64,000 bases of DNA from Dehalococcoidia bacterium. GTDB taxonomy: Bacteria > Chloroflexota > Dehalococcoidia > Bin125. This document shows positions 28,051-37,403 of this stretch, one piece after another. The translations under genes were made by a program, and so were the position numbers. The DNA is taken from positions 32,001-96,000 of the forward strand of contig CAXXNO010000009.1 in assembly GCA_963663235.2 (NCBI GenBank). Reading direction: 5' to 3'. The notes under the pieces were generated by a model. The model was not told the origin of the DNA. It saw only the letters and a list, made by a program, of their open reading frames with translations, and searched no databases. Position 1 is the first letter of the stretch, and each line of letters opens with the position of its first letter.

Positions 28051-29277
28051 ATGCACTTGATGTATTTCACCGAGCAGCCGCTCTCGACGTACCCCAGGGA
28101 GGCGAGCCGGGAGACGGACGACCTGACCGTGCTGCTGCTCTCCAACCGACACTTCAACCCGGTGGACGCCAGCCGGCTCTACAACGAGCGCTTGGAAGAG
28201 TACCTGCTGGCCGAGGAGGTCGGAGTCGACGGGATCATGCTGAACGAGCACCACTCCGCGCCGTTCTGCATGCAGGCCAAGTGCAACATTTTCGCCGCCG
28301 TGCTCGCCGCCGCGACGGAGCGCGTGAAGATCGTCCTATTGGGGAACCCCACGCCGATCAGCGAGAACCCGGTGCGCCTGGCCGAAGAGCTGGCGATGAT
28401 CGACCTCATCTCGAAGGGACGGCTGGTCTCCGGCTTCGTCCGCGGCGGCGGCACCGAGCAACTGGCCACGAGCACCAACCCCGCCTACAACCGCGAGCGG
28501 TTCCAAGAGGCGCACGATCTCATCATCAAGGCGTGGACGGAGCCGGGACCGTTCCGCTGGGAAGGCAACCACTACCAGCAGCGGGTGGTGAACCCCTGGG
28601 CGCGGCCGCTGCAGAAACCGCACCCGCCCATCTGGATCCCGGGCGTCGTGAGCCGGGAGACCACGCTGTGGGCGGCGAAGCATCGCTACCCGTTCATCTG
28701 TCTCAACACGACCATCGAGGCGACGAAGAAGATCTGGGCCGTCTACAACGAGGCCGCCGAGGAAGAGGGCTACACGCCGGGGACGGAGCATCGCGGCTAC
28801 CTGCTGCGGGTGCACGTCCAGGACACCGAAGAGAAGGCGCTGGAGAACGCGCGCGAGTACCTGTGGATGATGGGTGAGTTCACCGGCCTGGTTCATCCCA
28901 CCTGGAGCAGCCCCGCGGGCTACTCGTCGCCGCGACAGCGCCGCGCTTGGGTAGAGATCGCGAACGGGCGGCGCGCCAGCCCCCGCGGCGAAGGCGCGCC
29001 CTCCCTGGAGAAGCAGATCGAGAGCATGCAGATCGTCGCCGGGACGCCGGACCAAGTGGTGAAGAAGCTACGCGTGCTCATGGAGGAGACGCGCCCGGGG
29101 ATCTTCGCGTTCTGGGGCAACGACGGCGGCATGGGGCACCAGGACTCGATGCGCTGCATCGAGCTGCTGGGCAAAGAGGTGATGCCGGCCGTGCGCGACA
29201 TCGCCGACGAACTGGACCTCAAGGGCCCGTTCGAGCGGAGCCCGGTCCCCGCCGCGTCGACGGCCGGGGCCAGCTGA
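28051..29277 (+). CDS. LLM-class flavin-dependent oxidoreductase
   Basis: MLNEHH, RLAEELAMIDLISKGRLVSGFVRG, PLQKPHPPIWIPG. Confidence 0.88.
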   Translation: MHLMYFTEQPLSTYPREASRETDDLTVLLLSNRHFNPVDASRLYNERLEEYLLAEEVGVDGIMLNEHHSAPFCMQAKCNIFAAVLAAATERVKIVLLGNPTPISENPVRLAEELAMIDLISKGRLVSGFVRGGGTEQLATSTNPAYNRERFQEAHDLIIKAWTEPGPFRWEGNHYQQRVVNPWARPLQKPHPPIWIPGVVSRETTLWAAKHRYPFICLNTTIEATKKIWAVYNEAAEEEGYTPGTEHRGYLLRVHVQDTEEKALENAREYLWMMGEFTGLVHPTWSSPAGYSSPRQRRAWVEIANGRRASPRGEGAPSLEKQIESMQIVAGTPDQVVKKLRVLMEETRPGIFAFWGNDGGMGHQDSMRCIELLGKEVMPAVRDIADELDLKGPFERSPVPAASTAGAS

Positions 29278-29537
29278 GCGACGCCGCTGCTTGCGGCGAT
29301 CTGGGCTGCGTTCGCCCGCGGCGGCCATCCCTTACACGAGGTCCGGCATCGACGGGCGAGTATCAAAGTAATGTCCAGACCCGGCGTGGCGGGCCGTACG
29401 AGCCCGTAGTAGGGTTTTTCTCGTAGAGGGTACCGACGGGGGCACCGAAGATCGTGACGGACGCCCCCCCGGTGCGGCCCAGCGCCGGGCATCCCCGGCG
29501 GCCGCCGAACGGACTGTGGGTATCAAGGGAGATAGGC

Positions 29538-30302
29538 ATGAGATTTCCGAGACGGCTCTTCGTACTCCTAGGCCTGACGAGCCTGCTGCTGAGCGGCGGC
29601 ATCGCGCTGGCGCTGCACGACGTAAACACGCTGGATATCAGCCGGCCTTGGGGCGGCGCGGACCAGACCGCCGTTTCGCCCACGCCGCGCGTGGAGGTCA
29701 CCTACGTGATCAAGGCGAGCGGGAACATCCCGGCGGACACGGTGGACGCCGTCGAGGATGCGATCACCGCCTGGAACGCGAAGATCGACGACCGGGAGGG
29801 GGGCAACTGGGTCTTTGACCTGGTGCCGCTAGCTGAAAGTAGCTCTAGCTCTAGCTCGGCCGCGGCGGAATTGATCCTGCTCGGCCATAACATCAAAGCA
29901 CCGCCCGACCACGGCGGTGGCGGCGGTGGCGGCGACGACGGCGACAAGAAGGCCGACATCGAGATCCAGATCAAGAAGGGCGGCGGCGTGATCGCCGGAT
30001 CGGCGCAGTCATCGTTCGACGCCGACGGCTTCCGGGTGCACGTGAAGATCCAGATCTCGAGCAGCTCCTTCGGCATCGGGAACAGCGACGCGGTGGTCGA
30101 GGAGATCGCGATGCACGAGCTGGGTCACGCGCTCAGCCTCGGGCACCACGGCGACGAGAACGACCTCATGGGCCGGACCGTGGGCTTTGTCGGCGACGGC
30201 CCTTCGGCGTGCGACCTGGACGGGTTCGAGACGTCGCACCACTGGCTGGTGGAGGGGGCAACGGTACCGCACCTCAACCACGACAGCGTCATCCCCTGCT
30301 AA
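29538..30302 (+). CDS. Secreted matrixin/metzincin-type zinc metalloprotease
   Basis: Signal peptide (MRFPRRLFVLLGLTSLLLSGGIALA), HELGHALSLGH zinc motif, Met-turn NDLM. Confidence 0.8.
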   Translation: MRFPRRLFVLLGLTSLLLSGGIALALHDVNTLDISRPWGGADQTAVSPTPRVEVTYVIKASGNIPADTVDAVEDAITAWNAKIDDREGGNWVFDLVPLAESSSSSSSAAAELILLGHNIKAPPDHGGGGGGGDDGDKKADIEIQIKKGGGVIAGSAQSSFDADGFRVHVKIQISSSSFGIGNSDAVVEEIAMHELGHALSLGHHGDENDLMGRTVGFVGDGPSACDLDGFETSHHWLVEGATVPHLNHDSVIPC

Positions 30303-30365
30303 CCGCGCTGGAGGGCCCGCGGCCTCGCCGAACCGCTCGGCGCGCAGGGCGCCGGGCGCAACAGG

Positions 30366-31151
30366 TCAGACTTCGACCGGCAGTTCCGGGCGCGCCGCCC
30401 AGTCGGCGAAGGATCCGTCGTAGAGGCTGACTTCGTAGCCGAGGCGCTGTAGCGCGATCAGCGCCACCGCCGCGCGAGGGCCTCTGCGACAGTAGGTCAC
30501 GATCCTGGGACGGGGATGCGGACCCGGTTGGGCGCCGGAGGCGGCGAGCAGGGCCGCAACGTGGGCGCGTGAAGCGAAGAGAGTCTCGCCCTCGGTCACG
30601 AACTCGGTCCAGCGGATGTGGGTCGCGCCGGGGATATGTCCGGCGCGGTCCTCCGTGACCTGCCTGCCGGTAAACTCCTCGACGCTGCGCGTGTCCAGGA
30701 GGACCGGCGGATCCGCGCCCGCGAGATCGGGCGCGAAGACGCGCAGCTCGGGACGCGGCCGCAGCGTGAACTGCGCCGGCGGGGCCGTCAGCGGCCGGTA
30801 GAAGATCTCGTGGCCGGCGGCCCAGCGATCGAAGGGGTGGTCCAGCAAGCGCACGTCGGGGTGGCCGAGGTAGTCGAGCAGCCAGGCGAGCATGGCGCCG
30901 CTCTGGCCGTCGTAGGCGTCGTAGACGACCACGGGCATCCCGGCGCCGACCCCGGCGGCGCCGAACCACTGGGCCAACTCATCGTCGGGGCGCAGGCGGC
31001 CGTCGGCGTCGAAGATTTGCGCCAGGGGCAAGTTGATGGCGCCGCCGATGTGGCCCTGGAGGTACTTGACGGGGCGGCGGGCATCGACGAGGCGGCCGGC
31101 GGGAGCGGCGAGCTCACGCTCGAGCCAGGCCGCGTCGACAAGTTCGATCAT
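30366..31151 (-). CDS. Two-domain rhodanese / sulfurtransferase (SseA/TST-like)
   Basis: GHIGGA, LLDTRS..GHIPGA, YCRRGPRA active-site loop, LYDGSFADW. Confidence 0.9.
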   Translation of the reverse strand: MIELVDAAWLERELAAPAGRLVDARRPVKYLQGHIGGAINLPLAQIFDADGRLRPDDELAQWFGAAGVGAGMPVVVYDAYDGQSGAMLAWLLDYLGHPDVRLLDHPFDRWAAGHEIFYRPLTAPPAQFTLRPRPELRVFAPDLAGADPPVLLDTRSVEEFTGRQVTEDRAGHIPGATHIRWTEFVTEGETLFASRAHVAALLAASGAQPGPHPRPRIVTYCRRGPRAAVALIALQRLGYEVSLYDGSFADWAARPELPVEV

Positions 31152-31176
31152 CTAGAAGCGCTTCCGATAACGCCTC

Positions 31177-31215
31177 CTACAGCGCCTCGCTATAGCGCCT
31201 CGCTATAGCGCCTCG
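31177..31215. repeat. Three tandem copies of a 13-bp unit covering the OsmC stop codon
   Basis: CTACAGCGCCTCG CTATAGCGCCTCG CTATAGCGCCTCG. Confidence 0.85.
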
Positions 31216-31739
31216 AAGGCGACGTTGATGGGGGTGGCGCGGGTGACGCTCTGGGCCACGGGCGAGCCGTCGACGGCCTTCTGCCAGATCTTGCGCAGCG
31301 TGGCTTCGTCGGCGTCGGCCTGCACATAGACCTTGGCGGTGATGCCGCCGTAGCCGGGGTTGCCGGCGTCGTCGAGGTCAGCCCACTTGAGGATGTTGTC
31401 GAAGTTGCCTTCCAGTGCGATCTCGAGGTTCTTGATCTGGACGCCCTGGCGGGTGGCGTTCAGCACGAACCCGACCATCATGCAGGAGCCGACGGCCGAG
31501 AGCAGATGCTCGTGGGCACTGGCGGCGGTGTCTTTGGTGTCGAGGTCGGCGGGCTCATCGAACTCGACGGTGTGGGTGCGGGTGTGCGCCTTGGCCTTGA
31601 AGCCATCCTGCCAGACGACGCGCGAGCGCCAGGGGCCGCTGAAGGCCTTGAGGTTCTCGGGCTTCTTCAGCGACGCGATGACCGCTTCCAGCTTCTCGGG
31701 GTGCAGCCCGTTGATCGTGTCCGGCTTCGTCGTCATCAT
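31203..31739 (-). CDS. OsmC family protein
   Basis: True gene is the C-terminal part of the track ORF (MMTTKPDTINGL..). DEPADL..EHLLSAVGSC..SPV. Start overlaps the MetE-like stop (ATGA). Confidence 0.85.
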   Translation of the reverse strand: MMTTKPDTINGLHPEKLEAVIASLKKPENLKAFSGPWRSRVVWQDGFKAKAHTRTHTVEFDEPADLDTKDTAASAHEHLLSAVGSCMMVGFVLNATRQGVQIKNLEIALEGNFDNILKWADLDDAGNPGYGGITAKVYVQADADEATLRKIWQKAVDGSPVAQSVTRATPINVAFEAL

Positions 31740-32908
31740 CGGCTCCCTTCGGCAACCGGGGCGTACTCCCGGCGCAGGATGTCCGCCGCCTGGCGCAGCG
31801 CTTTGAGCTTGCGGAACGACGTCTCCGGGGTGTTGACGGAGCGCTCCGCAAAGGTGCCAAAGCCACAGTCCGGGTTGAGGTAAATCTTCTCGGGATCGAA
31901 GTACTGGAGCAGGTCGCGGGCGCGTGCGGCGATGGTCTCCGCGTCCTCGACGTCGTCGCTGCGGGGGTTCACGACGCCCAAGCCGATCTCCTTCTCGTTG
32001 GCGTACTCCTTGAAGACCTCCACCTCGCCGGCCCGGGGGGTGGCCATCTCCAGGACCAACTGGTCCACGTTCATCTGCACGAGATACGGCAGCAGCGGCC
32101 CGTAGTTGCCGCTGAGGAGCACGTCCTCGCGGCGGCTCCAGTTGCCACGGCAGACGTGGACGCCCAAGCGGACGCCGTCGATGCCGTCGACGGTCTCGTT
32201 CATGAGTTGGAGCGCGAACTCCATCTCCTCGGTGGGGTCGCGGCGCGATCCCAGCGCCGCGCACATGAACGTCTCCTGGCTCTCCTCGCCGTAGACCACC
32301 TGCGTCAAGGTCGGTTCGTCCAGCTGGATGAAGGCCACGCCCATATCGCGCAAGGCGATGATCTCGTCGCGGAGGATCTGCACGACATCCGCGGCGAGGT
32401 CCTCCTGCGTGGGATAGGCGTCGCGCGAGAGTTGCTCGAACCAGGCGGCGCGGCTCAACAGGTAGGGGCCGGGCAGCGGGACCTTGATGGGCTTCTGGGT
32501 GTGCCGCTGGAGGAAGGCGACCTCGTCGCGGGCGAGGCCGTCGCGGACCCGGAGCTTTTCGACGGCGACCGGGCTCTTGATGGCGAAGGAGGGGACATCG
32601 AGGGCGCGCAGGGTTTCCTCGAAGCGGGCGCGGTCGGGGACGTAGTCCAGCAACTCGGAGACCGCCATGAGGCGCATGCCCTGGATCTTGTCGACGACGA
32701 AGGAGTAGAAGTTATCGCGGCGCTGTTCGCCGTCCGTGATGATGTCGACCCCGGCGTCCTCCTGGTAGCGGAGCGCCTCCAGGACGGCCTGATCTGCCAC
32801 GGCGGCGAAGTCGGCTTCGGAGATCTCCCCGGCCTGGCGCCCCCGGAGGGCGCGGATCAGGTCCGGGGGACGAGCCCAGCTCCCAACGGTGGTCACCGGA
32901 AACAGCAT
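31736..32908 (-). CDS. Cobalamin-independent methionine synthase II family protein (MetE C-terminal/core type)
   Basis: TTVGSW, TDGEQRR, IQLDEP, HVCRGN, LVLE, NPDCGF (Zn ligands H-x-C, E, C). Confidence 0.88.
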   Translation of the reverse strand: MLFPVTTVGSWARPPDLIRALRGRQAGEISEADFAAVADQAVLEALRYQEDAGVDIITDGEQRRDNFYSFVVDKIQGMRLMAVSELLDYVPDRARFEETLRALDVPSFAIKSPVAVEKLRVRDGLARDEVAFLQRHTQKPIKVPLPGPYLLSRAAWFEQLSRDAYPTQEDLAADVVQILRDEIIALRDMGVAFIQLDEPTLTQVVYGEESQETFMCAALGSRRDPTEEMEFALQLMNETVDGIDGVRLGVHVCRGNWSRREDVLLSGNYGPLLPYLVQMNVDQLVLEMATPRAGEVEVFKEYANEKEIGLGVVNPRSDDVEDAETIAARARDLLQYFDPEKIYLNPDCGFGTFAERSVNTPETSFRKLKALRQAADILRREYAPVAEGSR

Positions 32909-33079
32909 GGTCGCCTGCCCTCCACACCGAATCAGCATCAGAGACGCGCCGACAGGCGCTCAGCCTAACATGCCCCCCCCGAAATTCCACAGCAACCGCG
33001 GCGCGCCTGGGCTCCCTTCCGCCGCCCGACCTGCTAGTCTTTCCGCCGTCAACCGAAAGGGCACGAGAGGAGAGAGTGA

Positions 33080-33547
33080 ATGGCGACGCTTGAGCAACGA
33101 GTCCAGCTTCTGGAGGACACCGAGGCGATCCGGCGGCATAAGCACGTGTACGCAAAGGTTGTCGACGCTTTCTCATCGGGCGAGGAATACGCCGCGCTCT
33201 TCACCGAGGACGGCATCATCGACGGCGACTTCGGGCCGTTCAACGGGCGCAAGGAGATCTCGGATTTCTTCGGCAGCGTGGGGGACAACATCACCTTCTT
33301 CCTCCACTTCATGACTGGGGAGATCATCGACGTGGCGCCATCGGGGACCGAGGCGAAAGCCTACTGGTACCTGTGGGAGCCCGCCACGGTCAATGGGGAA
33401 GCGGTCTTCATCGCGATCACGTACGACGACGAGTACCGCAAGGTGAACGGGAAGTGGCTGATCTCGCGGCAGACGTTCCACAACCAATTCCTCACGCCGG
33501 TCGATAAGGGCTGGGTGAAGCAGCAGTTCGTCGAGATGGAGACCTAG
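33080..33547 (+). CDS. SnoaL/NTF2-like protein (LinA/BaiE-like)
   Basis: LEDTEAIRR..YA..D, LFTEDG, LHFM, YDDEYRKVNGKWLI. Confidence 0.82.
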   Translation: MATLEQRVQLLEDTEAIRRHKHVYAKVVDAFSSGEEYAALFTEDGIIDGDFGPFNGRKEISDFFGSVGDNITFFLHFMTGEIIDVAPSGTEAKAYWYLWEPATVNGEAVFIAITYDDEYRKVNGKWLISRQTFHNQFLTPVDKGWVKQQFVEMET

Positions 33548-33681
33548 CCGCAGGCGCTCGACGGTCCAGCAGCCGATCGCAGCGGCGACCAGGGTCAGAC
33601 CGCGCGGCTCCATGGCGCGGTCTGATCCTGTGTGGCTCACAGCCGGAAGCACGAGCAGGGAGCGGAGAGGAGCAGCGCGCG

Positions 33682-34713
33682 ATGGAGATCGGCCTGTTCA
33701 TGGACACGCACGGGTTGGGCACGCGGGACGAGACGCAGTGGTGGCTGCAAGCGGTACCCGCGCCGGAGATGCAGCCGGTGGAGATCGCCAAGCTCGGGGA
33801 GGCGAACGGCTTCCATTCGCTGTGGTTCTCCGACCACGTGGCGATGCCGCCCACCAGCGTCCCCATCACCTACGTGAACACGGAGACGGCCCGGCGGCAC
33901 TATCCGGAGCGCTTCGACATGCTGGACGGGGCGGTGGTGATGGGCGCGGTGGCGACCCACACCACGCGGATCAAGCTGGCGCCGTCGGTGCTGGTGAGCC
34001 CGTACCGGCCCCCGATGAGCGACGCGCGGCAGTTCGCGACGATCGACGTGCTGTCCAACGGGCGGCTGATCATGGGGGTGGGCGCGGGGTGGTGCCGGGA
34101 GGAGTTCGAGGGGCTGGGGCTGCGCTTCGAGGATCGCTCGTCGATGACGGAGGAGTGCATCGAGATCTACAAGCGCGCCTGGACCGACGACCTGGTGGAG
34201 TTCCACGGGAAGCACTACGACTTCGCCAACCTGGTGATGAACCCCAAGCCGATCCAGAAACCGCATCCGCCGATCGTCTTTGGGGGCGTGACCAAAGAGG
34301 GCGCGCGCCGGGCGGCGCGCCTGTGCGACGGCTTCTACCCCATCTTCTCCGAGCCTGCCATCCGGGCGGACCACTACGACGCGATGCAGGACGAGATCCG
34401 GCGCGAAGCGGAGCGGATCGGGCGCGACCTCACCAACTTCCGCATGCTGGGGACGCTGGCCGCGCGCATCACCGACTCACATGACGCCTTCGGCAGCCGG
34501 GAGCCGCGCCCGCACGCGGCGGGCTCTGTCGAGCAGGTGCTGTCCGACCTGGAGAAGCTCTCCGAGGCCGGTTACTCGATGATGGCGGTGCACATGGATT
34601 GCCCGACGGGCACGGTCTCCGAGCTACGCGACCGCATCGCGCAGTTTGGGTCGGAGATCATCCCGACCGCGAAGAAATTCCAGGCCAAGGGGGAGTGGCG
34701 GCGGGACATCTAG
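33682..34713 (+). CDS. LLM-class (probably F420-dependent) oxidoreductase
   Basis: SLWFSDHV, GVGAGWCREEF, PKPIQKPHPPIVFGG. Paralog of 4905 and 45128. Confidence 0.88.
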   Translation: MEIGLFMDTHGLGTRDETQWWLQAVPAPEMQPVEIAKLGEANGFHSLWFSDHVAMPPTSVPITYVNTETARRHYPERFDMLDGAVVMGAVATHTTRIKLAPSVLVSPYRPPMSDARQFATIDVLSNGRLIMGVGAGWCREEFEGLGLRFEDRSSMTEECIEIYKRAWTDDLVEFHGKHYDFANLVMNPKPIQKPHPPIVFGGVTKEGARRAARLCDGFYPIFSEPAIRADHYDAMQDEIRREAERIGRDLTNFRMLGTLAARITDSHDAFGSREPRPHAAGSVEQVLSDLEKLSEAGYSMMAVHMDCPTGTVSELRDRIAQFGSEIIPTAKKFQAKGEWRRDI

Positions 34714-34749
34714 CGCCGCGGGCGGTGCAGGGCGTCTACGAGCGCTTGC

Positions 34750-35400
34750 CTACCCGCCTTGGGGGTCGCGCCACATGAGCCATTGTTTGGGCCCGCCCAT
34801 GGGCAGGACGACCTCTTCGGTCACGGCGAAGCCGTTGCGCTCGTAGAGCGGAACGTTGCGGACGTTGGTGCAGACGAGGTAGGCGGGGATGCGCTCCCGG
34901 TCGCAGCGCTCCAGCACGGGCTGCATGAGAGCCGTGGCCAGGCCGCGGAGGCCGCGCCCCTGCATCTCGGGCAGGACGCCGATCGCGAGCAGGTAAAAGT
35001 GCGGCACGTGCGGATGCCGCTCGTCCAAGAAGTCCAGGCTCTTGATCACCGCCCGCGCGTGGCGCAAGCCGGCGACCCCGGCCATGTGCCGGCGAAACGC
35101 CATCCTCTCCCGGAGACTCGGCGGCGGCTTCCCGGGCGGCTCCCAGAGCGCGGTACCGCGAAGGTCCGTGTCCGCGTACACCTCCCCAAAGGGGAGCGTG
35201 TCCGTTCGCAACGAGCGCGCGAAGAGCTTCTCGATGGAGGCGCCGCGCTTGCGGCCCTTGCGCGCCCACCAATCGACGAGCGGGTCCTTGTCGAAGGCCT
35301 TGGCCAGGACGGTCGTGAGCACAGGCGCGTCGGCCAGGGTCGCTTTCCGCACCGTGAGCGGCGCGGTCTGCGGCGATCGCACGGGTTGATCAGTGGTCAT
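34750..35400 (-). CDS. GNAT family N-acetyltransferase
   Basis: HFYLLAIGVLPEMQGRG, NVPLYERNGF. Confidence 0.88.
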   Translation of the reverse strand: MTTDQPVRSPQTAPLTVRKATLADAPVLTTVLAKAFDKDPLVDWWARKGRKRGASIEKLFARSLRTDTLPFGEVYADTDLRGTALWEPPGKPPPSLRERMAFRRHMAGVAGLRHARAVIKSLDFLDERHPHVPHFYLLAIGVLPEMQGRGLRGLATALMQPVLERCDRERIPAYLVCTNVRNVPLYERNGFAVTEEVVLPMGGPKQWLMWRDPQGG

Positions 35401-35699
35401 GCGGCCCAGTCCTTCGTCCGCAAGCCAGGCGATGCAGTTGGGCCTTCACCCGGAACTCCCGATCGCCGCTCGGCCGCCGCACAGGTCCGCTGCGTCCGCG
35501 ACCCGTAGCCAGAGACTACAGGAGCGGGCGACGGTGGCGGCCACGCAGGCACGGCCCAGCCGCCCGCGCGGCGCCCAGAGTGGCGCCCCCCATCGCTTGA
35601 CGAGTCCGGCCGTCGGAGCGAGATTACACAGCAGGTGAGGCCGGTCGGCGCTCAGTCGCGCGGCTCGCGCCGGAGCCGGATGGATAGGAGAGCCGCAGG

Positions 35700-35819
35700 A
35701 TGGCCGAAAACAAGAGCATAGTGCGAAAGATCCACGACGCGACCTGCCTAGGAGCGGTGGCGAATTTCAAGCCGCTGCAAAAGGTCTGCCCCGTGTGCCG
35801 GAGCGATCAGGCCACGTAG
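35700..35819 (+). CDS. Putative 39-aa small protein with H-x3-C-x13-C-x2-C motif (not in ORF track)
   Basis: MAENKSIVRKIHDATCLGAVANFKPLQKVCPVCRSDQAT*. AGGAG RBS upstream; lies in an otherwise empty intergenic region. Confidence 0.6.
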   Translation: MAENKSIVRKIHDATCLGAVANFKPLQKVCPVCRSDQAT

Positions 35820-36080
35820 AGCGCAGGTTAGAGCCGACGGCGGCCCGCCGCCGGACGTCCAGATCGACGACCGACCGTGGCGGCGTGAGCCGCCGCGAGA
35901 GGCAGGCGCCGTCGCTCGACGGGCCATCGTTGGCCGAGCCGGAACTCGGCCCGCATCACGCGTCGCGATCCCGCGGCCGCGACTCGACCGGCCGCGGGCC
36001 CTCAGCGGCAACGACGCGCTAGCCTGACAGCGGACGGCGAAGGTGGCGGAGCAGACCGCCGCGCCATCCGGGATCGCACG

Positions 36081-37247
36081 GTGCCACAACCACGTCGCGA
36101 GGTTCGCCTGGGGATGACGGCGTCCCTGACCGGCCGCTACCGGATCCAGGGCGCCCAGGCTCTGGCCGGTGCCCGGCTGTGGGTGGAGCACGTGAACCGC
36201 TCGGGCGGCCTCCACATCGGTACAAGCAGTAGAGCCGTCTCCGTCCGCTTCTCCTCCTACGACGACCGCAGCGAGCCGCGGCTGGCGGCGTCGTACGCGC
36301 TGAAGCTGCTGGCGGTCGATCGTGTGGACGTGTTGCTGGGGCCGTACTCGAGCGGCCTGACGATGGCCGCGGCGCGCGTCGCGGACGAGTACGGAGCGCT
36401 GCTCTGGAACCACGGCGGCGCGGCGGACGGGCTCTACGAACGCGGGTATCCCGGGGTGGTCGGTGTGCTGCGGCCGGCCAGCGGCTACTTCGCCGGCGTC
36501 CTGGAACTGCTGCGGCAGGTCGACCCCTCGGCCCGACGGGTGGCGCTGCTGGGCGATGCTCGGCGCGGATTCGCCGGCGCCGTCCTGTCCGGCGCCGAGG
36601 CAGCCGCGCAGCGGTTGGGGTTCGAAGTGGTGCACCAGGATGACCACGGGGGGCCGGACGCCGGAGTCGATGGGCTGCTGGCCGTGCTGGGAGAGAGCCA
36701 CCCCGACGTGATCCTGGCCGCGGGCGAGCTGGAGAGCGACGTGCGCCTGGCGCGGCGGCTCGTCGATGGCTACGGGGGCGGCTACGGCGGCGCGAAGGCC
36801 GCGGCGCTCGTCGCGGCGGGGGTGGACGAGTTCCGGCGGCAGCTCGGCGACGCCGCCGACGGCTTCCTGGGCCCCAGCCAGTGGGAGCCCGTCGTCGACG
36901 CCGCCCCGGAGATCGGCCCGACCGCCGAGGAGTTCGCACAAGCGTTCCGGCAAGGCGGCTCCGACCCGGCGGGGTACCCGGCGGCACAGGCCTACGCAGC
37001 CGGCCTGGTGATCCAGCAGTGCGTGGAGCGCGCCGGCTCCCTGGAGGCGTCGCGGCTCCGCGCGGCCGCCGCCGAACTCGACTTCACGAGCTTCTACGGG
37101 CGTTTTCGCATCGATCCGGTCAGCGGCCGCCAGATCGGCGGCGAGCCCCTGGTGGTGCAGTGGCAGGACGGCGTCCGGCGGGTGGTGTGGCCGGCGGCGA
37201 TCGCGCAGGCCACACCGCTATACCCAGCGTGGGAGGGCGGAGCCTGA
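36081..37247 (+). CDS. Branched-chain amino acid-type (PBP1 fold) ligand-binding protein, no obvious signal peptide
   Basis: GMTASLTGRY, YDDRSEP, LLGPYSSGLT, AAQAYAAG, FYGRFRID, VVQWQDG. Confidence 0.8.
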   Translation: MPQPRREVRLGMTASLTGRYRIQGAQALAGARLWVEHVNRSGGLHIGTSSRAVSVRFSSYDDRSEPRLAASYALKLLAVDRVDVLLGPYSSGLTMAAARVADEYGALLWNHGGAADGLYERGYPGVVGVLRPASGYFAGVLELLRQVDPSARRVALLGDARRGFAGAVLSGAEAAAQRLGFEVVHQDDHGGPDAGVDGLLAVLGESHPDVILAAGELESDVRLARRLVDGYGGGYGGAKAAALVAAGVDEFRRQLGDAADGFLGPSQWEPVVDAAPEIGPTAEEFAQAFRQGGSDPAGYPAAQAYAAGLVIQQCVERAGSLEASRLRAAAAELDFTSFYGRFRIDPVSGRQIGGEPLVVQWQDGVRRVVWPAAIAQATPLYPAWEGGA

Positions 37248-37403
37248 GCGCCGCGGACGCAGACGCGCATGCCGTCCGCGAGCGGGGCAAGGGCTGAGCC
37301 AGAGTCGTCGGCGGCATCGAATTTCTCCGTTGGACGGCCGGGCGCGAAGGCGCGCGCGATGCTAGCCTTCGCCACGCATCGCCGCGAGAGGGGGAGCATC
37401 GCC

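Noticed and set aside
32909-33079. SAM or cobalamin riboswitch upstream of the MetE-like gene
   Set aside because: No conserved riboswitch core recognised by eye. An Rfam scan would be needed to exclude it.
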